A stretch of 63,338 nt of DNA, filler included, from Octopus bimaculoides (lineage: Eukaryota), in assembly GCF_001194135.2 (NCBI RefSeq). It is 6 parts of 6 records of this genome, joined end to end, with 100 filler letters (N's around TTAATTAATTAA, not from the genome) between each part and the next. Parts side by side here need not be neighbours in the genome. Positions count along the whole stretch, not along the records: positions 9,194 to 29,691 come from NC_068987.1; 5 more parts are not named here. One strand, 5' to 3'. Below, piece by piece: positions 13,614-29,691 of the stretch; within the stretch, counting starts at the first letter, position 1; each line of letters opens with the position of its first letter. The notes below the pieces were generated by a model. The model saw nothing but the letters and a program-made list of their open reading frames with translations, was not told the DNA's origin and ran no database searches. Made by a program: the position numbers and the translations under genes.

Positions 13614-13809
13614 GTTTGGTGCGTGATCTGAGGAACCACCCAGCGAGTTATTTATTTGCAAATAATTTCACGGTGGTCATCACTAGTGACGACCCAGCTG
13701 TCTGGGAGGCATCTGGATTGTCTTACGACTTTTATTTAACTTTTATGGCGATGGTTTCCAGGAAAGCGGATATTCGAGTCCTAAAGCAACTTGCAATCAA
13801 CTCCATCAA
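13614..13809 (+). CDS. ADA2: Adenosine deaminase 2 / ADGF-family internal (penultimate-type) exon
   Basis: Polypyrimidine tract plus tag|GT acceptor, donor AA|GTAAGT. 196 nt, phase 1-2, (G)[64 protein letters not shown](K). Matches ADA2/CECR1 motifs DLRNHP, SDDP, GLSYDFY and LKQLA.NSI. Confidence 0.93.
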
Positions 13810-15129
13810 GTAAGTCTTCTGTTTATTAGTTTGTTTGCTTCTTTCGTTCTTTCTTTCTCTCTTTCTTTGTGTGTTTGTACTATGTTTATCACTTAATGAA
13901 TCATAGAAATCTTAAGAGAGTTGTTATTTTGATATGGAGAGTGTAATACACATAAGAAAAAGAACATCTCTCTCTGTTTAGAACGCTAACCTTTACAAAG
14001 TAAGGTTACAAAGATGAACGAAATAGCGAAAAATAAGGTTCCCTGTCCCAACACACCTGCAGCCTATATCGAACTTACTACACTTCAAGTGAATGGCTTA
14101 AATCATTATCCACACAGCCACTTCGAAGTATATTTATTTCTTTATTGCCCACAGGGGGCTAAACATAGAGGGGACAAACAAGGACAGACAATGGGATTAA
14201 GTCGATTACATCGTCCCCAGTGCGTAACTGGTACTTATTTAATCGACCCGAAAGGATGAAAGGCAAAGTTTACCTCGGTGGAATTTGAACTCAGAACGTA
14301 ACAGCAGACGAAATACCCCTAAACATTTCGTCCGGTGCGCTAACGTTTCTTCCAGCTCCCCACCCTGCCACTTCAAACTATATTACCACTGCTCAAATAA
14401 TTTTCGGAAATAAAAATTTAAACTGAGATCTGCGTGATGATTTCTAAACTCTGTAAACTTAGAGCAAGAAGTACAAAACACAGAATAGAACACAAAAAGA
14501 CCGAACAATGAACAGTAAAAGTGTCGTAATGAGGAAAGTGTGCATAGGCACGTCAACAGTGTTGGTGAATTTCGGGAAGCATGGAATTTTTCATGGTGTG
14601 GTGAGGATAACTTTCATGCATCGGGTCCCCAGTTTGCGAACTGGAAAATGGCTTGTAGATACACAGATTAGCTGTGAATACTCAATAAGCCTTACCAAAA
14701 GGCAACAAGATCATAGGTTGCCCTTTAGTAAGGCATAGCACTCGCAAGCCACCCTATCATTGGAATACACGATTGTAGTAGGGAATGGAATGCAAGAGAC
14801 AAAATACTTTGTCTTTGAATTTCTTCCCACTTTGCAGAACAAATTACTTGGTCTGGGAGACCCGTCAGTTTGACTGGCGCTGCAATCGTCTATAGGACCT
14901 GTGACCATAGAGAGAAATTAGTAAATTAGAAATTAGAAAGACATTATGTCCGAGCAAGTTTGACCAGATGATGATGGAGGAACTTTCGAAGGATGCAACG
15001 TTCTCACAGCTAACAACCAACGTAACCAGTTTATTCAGCTGCTAGACGCTTTAGTATGTCGATGCTCAGAGAAACAATACATTCAAGATGTGGTGACTGG
15101 CAGAAGGTATTCGTCTGGTTGCAAGTCTC

Positions 15130-15350
15130 TGGATAGCTTCCAACAGATCAATATTCTGGACAAGATGGGAGTTCCAGACAATACTTGAGGAAATGAGAAC
15201 AGAAAGAAATTTTTTTACAACCATCAGGAAGAGAAAGTTTCAGTATTTTGGGCATGTTTTCAGAGCCTAGAACTTCAGTACACACGTCTTAGAGTGACTA
15301 GGAAATAAGGAGGGGAGAAGGCGCTGGTTGGATGACATCAAAAAATGAGC
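15130..15350 (+). mobile_element. RTE LINE 3' fragment
   Basis: TIRKRKFQYFGHVFRA...RRWLDDIK remnant. Confidence 0.7.
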
Positions 15351-16023
15351 TTCTGTTTGAATGCATAATTATGGCCAGCGGTAGGAAGTGTTGGAGAGAG
15401 ACGCATAGACAGCAGAAAAGGAAACAACTAATTTCTTTTTGATGAAAGGATAAAAAATTCTTCTATAGTTTTAGCGGATGAAAAGTGTTGTGATGTTGAT
15501 ACCTTTTCAAATGAACACTAACTATGATTTCACGGATTCCAAAATGGCTGCTGATACCCTATCACGAAAGTATTTGCGAATCTCAACTGTTTGAACCACG
15601 TGATAAAATTTACGCAGTTATATGTCAGAAGTGATAAGCTGTAACGGAGGGGGAGAGCAATATGCAATTATATTCATCAAAATGAATACATTTATTTGGC
15701 TTAGTTCCAAAAATAGTACTTTTGTGTATTTGTTAGAATCTATTTAATTATTTGTGAGGAAGTAATATGCATAATTTCCTTTTTACCGTTGCTTTTTTTA
15801 TGACACTGGTTCGTTTCCATTAAAAACATATTCGTGAAGTAAGTGCAGTTGAAACATTAAGGTTATCTGTATGTGAGCGTTTGTGTACTCCAGCATTGTA
15901 CACACACACACACTCGCATACACATATGTATGCATATTCTTATACACAGACATATATACATTCGTGAATGCATACATATCCGCACTGATACATATATATT
16001 ATATATACATACACATAAACACA

Positions 16024-16046
16024 ATGTAGGTGGAAAGATAGTTAGT

Positions 16047-16103
<57 letters not shown>

Positions 16104-16440
16104 GTACACACACATACACACACACACACACATAGGGAGAGGGAGGGTGAGAGAGGTAGGGAGAGAGAAAAACAGAGAGAAAGAAAATATGGAAAGAGAG
16201 AAAAGGGAAAATATGAACGAAAAAATGAAAAAAATAGGGGAGAGTAAGACGGGGAGAGCAAGGAGAACGAAAGAAGTAGAGCAAAGAAGAGAAAAGGGGT
16301 AGGTGGAAGAGAGGCGATACAGGTAGAGAAGTGTAAGGAGCATATATATAGCTAATTGTAGCAGTGTCTATGTAATACACACACATATAGATAGATATAT
16401 AGACAGACAGACAGACAGACAGGCAGACAGGCAGACAGGC

Positions 16441-16518
<78 letters not shown>

Positions 16519-16547
16519 GTAGGTAGATAGATATAGATATACGTGTG

Positions 16548-16580
<33 letters not shown>

Positions 16581-16700
16581 TCGTACACGTATATACGTTA
16601 TATATACACAGACGCATATGCCTATATACAGACATATATGTACGTGTATATGTGTGTGTGTGTGTGCGTGTGTGTGTGTGTCTGTGTGTGTGTGCGTGTG
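16024..16700. repeat. Compound microsatellite field (TAGA, CAGA, TA, TG, purine tract)
   Basis: Directly visible; source of many spurious ORFs. Confidence 0.95.
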
Positions 16701-16878
16701 TACTACATGCACACAATATTTACATATTTCTTTATCTACACACTTCCTGCGTTTTCTTTTCCTCATTCATCCACCAAGCTGAATATTTATTATTTATTTA
16801 TTTTATTTTATTTTATTTTTCACTTATTTGTCAATTCATTTTTACCTAATTTCATTTTAAATGTCTTATACATATATG

Positions 16879-16910
<32 letters not shown>

Positions 16911-17081
16911 TGTATGTATGTGTGTATGTACGTATGTGTCTGTATGTGTATATGCGAGTATGAATGTATGTGTGCATGTATGTATGTATGTATGTATGTA
17001 TGTATGTATGTATTTATGTGTGTATGTATGTATGTATGTATGTATGTACGCTAACTGCGTATCAAGTTATCGCTTATCATT

Positions 17082-17454
17082 ATGGAAGATGAAGACGTTT
17101 TTGTTCGGCCTGACGATGAAGTGTCTGTTGCGTCTGCAACGGCTATGGGTGAGGCAGAGGTCGCTCAGGTTGAGAGCCAAGAGTCTCAGAAACTGTGGCC
17201 CCCACCTGGAGGACTACTTTGTCCTTACATTAAGGTATATGAGGAACGCCAAAATCCTGTACTTCCGGTTCGTCATGTGCCAGTCCAAGGAGTCCACCAT
17301 CAAGGGATAAACTGTGAGCCTCTACAACTTAAAGTCGCATATCAAGAGGAAACATCCAGCGCATGCCATTCAGTTTGAGGGGAGGATCAGGGCCGGCTCT
17401 TATCGTGGGAAACACATGTAATCTTCTAGTAGCAGTGCCAATGGCCAGTCGTCG
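17082..17454 (+). mobile_element. Degenerate BED zinc-finger region, probable hAT transposase 5' fragment
   Basis: PHLEDYF...FRFVMCQ...KG*TVSLYNLKSHIKRKHP resembles the BED C-C..H-x-H pattern. One Cys is lost, there is a stop, and it runs into an N gap. Confidence 0.6.
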
Positions 17455-19885
17455 NNNNNNNNNNNNNNNNNNNNNNNNNNNNNNNNNNNNNNNNNNNNNN
17501 NNNNNNNNNNNNNNNNNNNNNNNNNNNNNNNNNNNNNNNNNNNNNNNNNNNNNNNNNNNNNNNNNNNNNNNNNNNNNNNNNNNNNNNNNNNNNNNNNNNN
17601 NNNNNNNNNNNNNNNNNNNNNNNNNNNNNNNNNNNNNNNNNNNNNNNNNNNNNNNNNNNNNNNNNNNNNNNNNNNNNNNNNNNNNNNNNNNNNNNNNNNN
17701 NNNNNNNNNNNNNNNNNNNNNNNNNNNNNNNNNNNNNNNNNNNNNNNNNNNNNNNNNNNNNNNNNNNNNNNNNNNNNNNNNNNNNNNNNNNNNNNNNNNN
17801 NNNNNNNNNNNNNNNNNNNNNNNNNNNNNNNNNNNNNNNNNNNNNNNNNNNNNNNNNNNNNNNNNNNNNNNNNNNNNNNNNNNNNNNNNNNNNNNNNNNN
17901 NNNNNNNNNNNNNNNNNNNNNNNNNNNNNNNNNNNNNNNNNNNNNNNNNNNNNNNNNNNNNNNNNNNNNNNNNNNNNNNNNNNNNNNNNNNNNNNNNNNN
18001 NNNNNNNNNNNNNNNNNNNNNNNNNNNNNNNNNNNNNNNNNNNNNNNNNNTTTTGAGATCAAATTTCGCGGAGATCGACTTTGACGTACATATTATTTAG
18101 TTAATTTTTTTAACTAAACACTTTCAAACGTCCGATACTGTTAGAATGTGTCATATAGAACAGGTTTATTCTTAACGTTTTTGACAAAATTTTGTATTTT
18201 AGAAGCTGTATTTCGTCTGCCTTCACGTTCTGAGTTCAAATTCCGCCGAGGTCAACTTTGCCTTTCATCTATTTCGGATCTATTCAGTTAGATGTACAGA
18301 TTATTTAATTAATCTTTTTTTAACTAAACACTTTCAAACTTCCGATACTGGTAGAATGTGTCACATAGAACAGGGTTTACTCTAAAGATGTTTGACAAAA
18401 TTTTGTATTTTAGAAGTTATTTCGTCAGAAGTTACAGAGTGACGATGGACAAATTCGAGTTTAAGTGTCAATACACGAAACTCTCAGCTTTTAACTTACT
18501 CTCTAACTTCTGCTGATGATATATATACATCTTACATGTATGTGCAAAAAAAATTTCATCACGCAATCGAACCAAAGAAAGGGCCTCTACCTGGTCGCTC
18601 GACACGCTAAAAATAGCAGCCAATGTATCCCCCTACCTAAATCACACGCCCATTGTATGTAATGTCCTAGATTATCCCTAAAACGACGGTTTGATGAAGG
18701 CTGGAATGTCTTTGATGATACGTTTGCAGTATCAGGGTTTATTTGAGGCTAAATAACAACATTATGATAAATTTCTGTATTAACACCCACACGATTTTCA
18801 CTAAGTAAAAAAAAATGATTTTCTGCATGGAATCAAGTACCCTGACCTCCTTATATGCTGCAAATCCCTTATTTTGGTTCGGAAAAAATGAGGTGTTGGG
18901 GTCCGTTCCCCAATCCCGGAATCATTGGAAATTTTTTTTTTTTTTTAATGAATTCCTGTGACCTAATATTGCAAAACTAGGTTACTTAAGGTGAGCCTGG
19001 TAACTGATGGTTTTGGGGTCTTGTTGTTTGTAACTTTTGGTGAACCATGGTGCAACCAACAACATGGTAAAAATCCCTGCCATTAATTTGGTGTGGATGG
19101 ATAATATCAAATGATTCAATCAAAACATATATTTAAATTAAGCATGAAAAAAAATGAAATATTATCATCACTTAAATGGAAAAATTGAAATATTATCTTT
19201 CAGTATTTTATAAGGTAAAATCTTAAATTATTAATTGACATATTATTAATTATCTTATAACAGCAATGCCTGGAAAAATCCTGGATTACATGGAAAAATG
19301 CGAGCATGAAAAGTCATAATTCTTTAGATTACAAACCTTGAAAAGTACAGGACAAGTTATTACACATGTAAAAGTATAGGACAAGCTATAAATTTTGTTT
19401 AAGTAAAGAATAAGAAACATTTTACATTCTGGTGGGATGTAAAAAGCACCATCCGAACATGGTCGATGCCAGTGTCGCCTGACTGGCACCTGTGCTGATG
19501 GCACATTAATAAGCACCATTCAAGCATGGGTTGATGCCAGTCCCGCCTGACTGGTTCCCCATGCTGGTGGCACGTAAAAAGCACCATCCGAACCTGGTCA
19601 ATGCCGGTGCCGCCTAATTGGCTCCTATGCCGGTGGCACGTAAAAAAAAGCACCTACTACACTCTCGGAGTGGTTGGCGTTAGGAAGGGCATCCAGCTGC
19701 AGAAATATTGTCAGATCAGATTGGGGCCTGGTGCAGCCTTCTGGTTTACCAGTCCTCAGTCAAACCGTCCAACCCATGCTAGCATGGAAAGCAGATATTA
19801 AACGATGATAATGATGATATATGTATGTATCTATGCATGCATACATGCATGCATATATGTATATATGTATGACGATTTCTTTCAC

Positions 19886-22230
<2,345 letters not shown>

Positions 22231-22446
22231 CAATGGTTTCAAATTTTTCCACAAGGGCAGCAATTTTTGAAGAGCGGATGAGTCGATTACATCGACCCCA
22301 GTGTTCAACTAGTAGTTATTTTATCGATCCCAAAAGGATGAAAGGCAAAGTCGATCTCGGTGAAATTTGAACTCAGAATGCAGTGACGGGTGAAATACTT
22401 CTAAGTATTTCGTCCAACGTGCTTATGATTCTGCTAGGTCACCACC

Positions 22447-22505
<59 letters not shown>

Positions 22506-22517
22506 NNNNNNNNNNTA

Positions 22518-22574
<57 letters not shown>

Positions 22575-23197
22575 ATTATAATTATATATACCCTGATGCC
22601 GTACCAGGCAGGGGCTCTCGTGGTTTTTGATCTCAACTGATTGGAAGTGTTATCATATGCATGTTTTGTCTTGATATAAAAGATGGGCTACAGCAAATAT
22701 TCTGCTCAATATCACAGATTTGCTTATCAGTTGCTTGACCTTAGTGGCCGATGATATGTGCANNNNNNNNNNNNNNNNNNNNNNNNNNNNNNNNNNNNNN
22801 NNNNNNNNNNNNNNNNNNNNNNNNNNNNNNNNNNNNNNNNNNNNNNNNNNNNNNNNNNNNNNNNNNNNNNNNNNNNNNNNNNNNNNNNNNNNNNNNNNNN
22901 NNNNNNNNNNNNNNNNNNNNNNNNNNNNNNNNNNNNNNNNNNNNNNNNNNNNNNNNNNNNNNNNNNNNNNNNNNNNNNNNNNNNNNNNNNNNNNNNNNNN
23001 NNNNNNNNNNNNNNNNNNNNNNNNNNNNNNNNNNNNNNNNNNNNNNNNNNNNNNNNNNNNNNNNNNNNNNNNNNNNNNNNNNNNNNNNNNNNNNNNNNNN
23101 NNNNNNNNNNNNNNNNNNNNNNNNNNNNNNNNNNNNNNNNNNNNNNNNNNNNNNNNNNNNNNNNNNNNNNNNNNNNNNNNNNNNNNNNNNNNNNNNN

Positions 23198-23363
23198 ATA
23201 TATAACATACAGAAAATTGCACTACTGGGTACTGCACACATCCTACGCAAAACACTTTCAATACAGTAAACATAAGAGCACCACAGCAAACCACAGCACA
23301 TACCCAAGGCGCACAGAGCTGCGCTCGGTAGTGAAGTGAAAGCACGTTATAAAAATAAAACTA

Positions 23364-23428
<65 letters not shown>
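23198..23428 (+). mobile_element. R4/Dong-type LINE 3' end with (TAA)n tail
   Basis: IYNIQKIALLGTAHILRKTLSIQ*, then a short 3' UTR and an (AAT)n tail. Confidence 0.75.
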
Positions 23429-23429
<1 letters not shown>

Positions 23430-25615
23430 CTAACATCTCTCATCCATGCTGGCATGGGTTGCACAGTTCTAATGAACCAGAGAACTACAAGTGCTCCGAT
23501 GTCTGTTTCGACATGATTTCTACAGTTGAATGCCCTTCCCAAAGCCAAATTTACAGAGTGTACTGATGCCTTTTTTTTTTTTTTTACGTTGTACTNNNNN
23601 NNNNNTGTACTGATGCCTTTTTTTTTTTTTTTACGTTGTACTGGAACTTAAGCGGTCACCTAGTAACTCGCAAGACACGGCACCTCAAATGAGTGGGGCT
23701 GTAGTATTAAAGCAGGTGGTTTTGTGTCCGGCATTGGGGGGGGGGGATAATAACGGATAAAGAACAGTTGTCTTGCTGGAGAAGGGAAAGATGGGCTACT
23801 CCAGCTGCAAAGAGAGAAAAGATGGTAGAGATAAGGTGATAGGGCGTCAGTGTGTACTCTTAAGGTACAAGAAGGTAAGTATAAGAGTGAATACGAATAG
23901 AGGGTAAAAGGAGAGTGACAGATGGTCAGACTGCAAATGTTATGCAGCCAACGAATACATAGGCGCAGTCGTAGCTTTGTAATAAAAATTTTGCTTTCCA
24001 ATCCCATGGTGCCGAGTTCAGTCCCTCTCCATGGCAAGTGTCTTCTACTATAGTCTCGGACCAACTAAACCCTTCTGGGTGGATTTGGAAGACTAGCCAA
24101 CATGTACACNNNNNNNNNNNNNNNNNNNNNNNNNNNNNNNNNNNNNNNNNNNNNNNNNNNNNNNNNNNNNNNNNNNNNNNNNNNNNNNNNNNNNNNNNNN
24201 NNNNNNNNNNNNNNNNNNNNNNNNNNNNNNNNNNNNNNNNNNNNNNNNNNNNNNNNNNNNNNNNNNNNNNNNNNNNNNNNNNNNNNNNNNNNNNNNNNNN
24301 NNNNNNNNNNNNNNNNNNNNNNNNNNNNNNNNNNNNNNNNNNNNNNNNNNNNNNNNNNNNNNNNNNNNNNNNNNNNNNNNNNNNNNNNNNNNNNNNNNNN
24401 NNNNNNNNNNNNNNNNNNNNNNNNNNNNNNNNNNNNNNNNNNNNNNNNNNNNNNNNNNNNNNNNNNNNNNNNNNNNNNNNNNNNNNNNNNNNNNNNNNNN
24501 NNNNNNNNNNNNNNNNNNNNNNNNNNNNNNNNNNNNNNNNNNNNNNNNNNNNNNNNNNNNNNNTGTGTTTGTCCTCCCACCATCGCTTGACAACTGTTGC
24601 TGATGTGTTTACGTCCCCGTAACTTAGCGGTTCGGCAAAAAGAGACCGATAGAATAAGTACTAGGCTTACAAAAATAAGTCCTGGGGTCGATTTGCTCGA
24701 CTAAAGGCGGTGCTCCAGCATGGCCGCAATCAAATGACTGAAACAAGTAAAAGAGTAAAAAGAGTATATTATAATCGCTATCAATATATTATATAAAAAT
24801 CGATATATTATAACAGGCGCGGTTGTGTGGTTAAGAAGCTTGCTTTGCAACCACGTGGCTATGGGTTCAGTCCCACTGCGCGACGCTTTGACAAAGTGCC
24901 TTCTATTATAGACGGAAACTGCGTGGAAGTCCGTCGTGTCGTGTGTGTGTGTGTGTGTGTGTGTATGTAGGGGGCGTGTACATGCGTGGGCGTGTACATG
25001 CGCGTGTGCGTGCGCGTGATGTGTGTGTGTGTGGGGGTATGCATGCATGTATGCATGCTTATGTATGTGTCTTTGTGTCTGTCCCGCACCACCGCTTGAC
25101 AATCGGTGTCGGTTTGTTTATGTCTCCGTCATCTAGCGGTTCGGCAAAAGAGTAGAATAAATACGAGTCTTTAAAAAAAAAAATACTGGGGTTGATTTGT
25201 TCAAGCAAAACCTTTCAAAGAGGTACCCCAGCAGGGCCTCATTAATACTATTATACTTGGGTCTTTTTAGATTTAGNNNNNNNNNNNNNNNNNNNNNNNN
25301 NNNNNNNNNNNNNNNNNNNNNNNNNNNNNNNNNNNNNNNNNNNNNNNNNNNNNNNNNNNNNNNNNNNNNNNNNNNNNNNNNNNNNNNNNNNNNNNNNNNN
25401 NNNNNNNNNNNNNNNNNNNNNNNNNNNNNNNNNNNNNNNNNNNNNNNNNNNNNNNNNNNNNNNNNNNNNNNNNNNNNNNNNNNNNNNNNNNNNNNNNNNN
25501 NNNNNNNNNNNNNNNNNNNNNNNNNNNNNNNNNNNNNNNNNNNNNNNNNNNNNNNNNNNNNNNNNNNNNNNNNNNNNNNNNNNNNNNNNNNNNNNNNNNN
25601 NNNNNNNNNNNNNNN

Positions 25616-25952
25616 AGGATCGTGGTTTCGATTCCCAGACCAGGCGTTGTGAGTGTTTATTGAGCGAAAACACCTAAAGCTCCACGAGGCTCCGGCAGGG
25701 GATGGTGGCGAACCCTGCTGTTCTCTTTCACCACAACTTTCTCTCACTCTTACTTCCTGTTTTTGTTGTGCCTGTAATTCAAAGGGTCAGCCTTGTCACA
25801 CTGTGTCACGCTGAATATCCCCGAGAACTACGTTAAGGGTACACGTGTCTGTGAAGCACTCAGCCACTTGCACGTTAATTTCACGAGCAGGCTGTTCCGT
25901 TGATCGCATCAACTGGAACCCTCGACATCGTAAGCGACGGAGTGCCAACAAA
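25616..25952 (+). mobile_element. SINE family B copy (5' end in gap)
   Basis: Aligns to 30725-31070. Confidence 0.85.
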
Positions 25953-26259
25953 CTTCTAATATATATTCAATACGTTAATTATCAATGACAACAAATTTCC
26001 AGAATTGGTAGTGTCGGTGAAAATGTCTTTTCGATCTAATGTCAAACCCCATTCGTTCTCTCTTCCGAATTTAATAAATTATACAACTGCTGAACTCCAG
26101 TAAATGCGAGTCTTTGTGTTTATGTAACAAAGTAATATGCTATCATCAACCCAATGATTAATTTACATATATGTTTTCTAATTGTCCAGGACTCGTTCAG
26201 AAACGTATTCAGTGAACGATTCGATAAGTAATATATGTATCTGTCAGTGAGCTAAACAA

Positions 26260-27815
26260 CCGACCAATCAACAAACCAGTATATGAACCAGTCATCGAAT
26301 TAGCGGATCAACTAGCCAATGAGTTAAAAAGCCAACTAATTAACCAATCAACAAACTAACCGACCACCATTCAACCGGCTTATGTCTGAACCTATGATAT
26401 AATCAAATATCCAATCAAAATATTACCAGCCAACGAACTAACTAGGGAACCAATCAATCAATGTACCAACCAATCAACCGGTCAACCAAACAAAGTATGT
26501 GGCAGTCAACGAATTGACTGACCAACCAACCAATGGATCAATCCATCAATCAACCAATGTACATGCCAACCAACCAACCAACGAATGTAACATCCAATGA
26601 AACAACAAAAATATCTACTAATCAATGAACGAACCAATCAACCGACCAACTAATCAATGCATAAGCACTGCGTAACCAGCCAACAAATATAATATTTAAT
26701 GAACTAATCAGACAAACAATCAAAATATGTACCAGTGAACGAACTAAGCAGCCAACCGATCAACTAACCAATCAACTACCAACCTATATAGCACCCAACC
26801 AACCAATCAACCAACCCACCAAACGACCAACCAACCAATCAACTAACCCACCAAACGACCAACCAACCAATCAACCAACCCACCAACTGACCAACCAACC
26901 AATCAATCACCCATCCAGCCAATCAACCAACCAGCCAAACAGCCGACCAATCAACCAACTAACCAACAAAAGAAACAGACAATCAACCAAACAACTGTAT
27001 CATCCGATGAACCATCCAACACGTGTCATAGTCAATGAACTAACCAGCCAATCAACCAGCCAATGTACCAACCAGCAAACCTATGTGCGAACAAACCAGA
27101 TAACCTACCAAAATATGTACCAATCAATATACTAATCAAACATCCATGCCCCCAGCCAACCAATCAACGAAACCGTTAAACACATCGACCAAGTAAGCAA
27201 CCAACCAACCAACTAGCCGTTCCAGATATCGCTAAAGCAACACATTAAGCAGTTAACCATACGACCAACCAACTAACAAACCAAACAGTCCGGCAACAAC
27301 TGAAATAAAGAAGACTTCGAAGATAATCGATAAGATCAGTAGTGACAAGTTTTACAAGGTTAACAACGCTTTCGTCTTCAATTCTCTGTTGAAAATTAAG
27401 GGATCAAAATATCAGATATCACTTCACAAAATATCTATAAGTTTGGTTGCTGTAAAGTTGTCAAACATCGATATTCTTGGAACTATTATTTTGACTAATT
27501 TGTAGTGATACAGACCATGACCAATTCCATAGGCAGCAACCAACCAATAAGCCGATATATAGATCAATCTGTAAGCCAATCAATTAACCAATGAGCCGAT
27601 ATATCGATCAACCAGTAAACTAATCAATTAGACAGCAAACCGATAAATCGATCAATCAGTAAGCCAATCAAGTGTCAATCGATCAATCAGGGAACGAACC
27701 AATTAACCAACAAGCCGGTGAACCGATCGGTTAGTAAAACAATTAGTTAAACAAGCCAATAAATCAGCTAACCAAATCGATCAGTTTGTAAACCAATCAA
27801 TTAAACAACCGTACA
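26260..27815. repeat. Degenerate AACC/ccaatca-rich minisatellite field
   Basis: About 1.5 kb of strongly C/A-skewed repeats. ~30-bp unit (caaccaaccaatcaaccaacccaccaaacga) x3 at about 26796-26905. Confidence 0.85.
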
Positions 27816-29252
27816 AGAATTCTTAGAACAGAAAAAAAAAACGTACCAATTTATCTCTCGACTGATTATCAATTAATCACATTAAGTTTTTACCAGAAAA
27901 TAAAATGTTTTTAAAATACTTAAGGATTTTTGGAGTATATCTACTACGTGTTGCACATGGTCTCGAGCCAAACCAATTTTTGTGAGTTAAGTCAAGTAGA
28001 CGGAAACTGTTCGGAAGACCATCGGATGGATTGTACCAGTAATTTAGAAGTCAATCTTGTCTTGCTTGTTGTTAAGAGTACACGTGTCAGAGGAATACTC
28101 CGCCACATCCACATTATTTCAGTAAGTAGATAGCTCAGTCGGTCAAACAAGTACAGCCACGTCGCAAACCGCTAGAAATCCATGAGCGCGCGCGTATGTG
28201 TATATGTACGTGTATGTGTATTATTCGTAAGCATGCATGTATGTGTATATGTAAGTGTGTGTGTTATTAAAGGCGCGGCATATAATCAATGAGCTAGAAA
28301 TCCAGCAATTCTATTGCACTCCAAAATACATGCCGATGGTAGGAGTGAAGAATGGTGTTATTATGCGGATAACTCAATGTTATAGGTGTTTATGCTATGA
28401 TGGTCATAGAGTAAGGATAAAGAGTGTCTTGAAGGAAAAGCTAAATTTTTTTTAAAAATAACACAAAATTGATTTTACATAATCAGGATGTAACTGTCAC
28501 TGAAACACGTGTAAATATGTTATAAGTAAATTATTTCACGTTATATTCTGTCCTGTACTATTTATATATGTACATATACACATACATACAAACATACACA
28601 TACATACATACATACATACATACATACATACATACATACATACAAACCCATACACATAAACACACACACACACATGCATACATACATACATACATACATA
28701 CATACATACATACATACATACATACATACATAGCCTAGCTCTCCGTCGGTTACGACGACGAGTGTTTCAGCTAATACAATCAACCGGGCCTACTCGTGAA
28801 ATTAAAGTACAAGTGACTGAGCAATCCACAAACATGTGTACCCTTAACGCAGTTCTCAGAGAGATTCAGTATGACACAAATTATGGCAAGGCTGTCCTTT
28901 TTGAATTACAGGTACAACTCATTTTTGCTTGCTGAGTGGACTGGAACAACGAGAAATAAAGTGCCTTGCTCAAAGACATAAAGCGCCGCCGGGAATCGAA
29001 CTCACGACCTTACAATCGTGAGCCGAATAGCTTAGTCACATACATACATACATACATACATACATACATACTCATAAGTATACTGACTTGGTTGTTAAGT
29101 TAAGAAGTTCGCTTTAAAACCACGCGCTTTTGGATCCAATCCCACTGCGTAGTACCTTGAATCACTGCCCTCGACATACTAAAACCTTGTGTGTAGTAGG
29201 TCTGGTAAGAGCAAACGGAAAGAAGCCCATCACTTATATATGAGCGTGTATA

Positions 29253-29620
29253 TACGAGGTGCGTTCCAGGCGTTTCAAGACATTTTTAGTTACAACAAAT
29301 TTTAATAAATCATTAATTTTACCGTATCATTACTTTACATCTAATAAGCTGATCTGCCGACATGTGTTATTCCAGATTGAAGGAGGCAGCTGTAATAGCA
29401 CTTTGGATACACCCTATTAAACACTGCTTCTCACAGCTGACTAGTTTGCTGAATGCAGTCGGGACGTTTGGAAGCTCGCTATGCAATAAAGTTCTGTGTT
29501 AAACTGGACAAAAACTGCAGAAATTTATGAAATTCTCCAGACTACTTAAGGGTTAGTATTTTTGATGGCACAAGAGGTTTAAGGACGGTAGAGAGGAAAT
29601 GAAATATGATGAGAGGTGTA
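29253..29620 (+). mobile_element. Mariner 5' end fragment
   Basis: Starts TACGAGG (mariner TIR-like), then RYAIKFCVKLDK..EIYEILQT and WHKRFKDGRE..DER remnants. Confidence 0.7.
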
Positions 29621-29621
29621 G

Positions 29622-29691
<70 letters not shown>

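Noticed and set aside
23560-23645. Exact duplications flanking 10-N gaps (also 36485-36610 and 45503-45600)
   Set aside because: Unmerged contig overlaps; assembly artefact.
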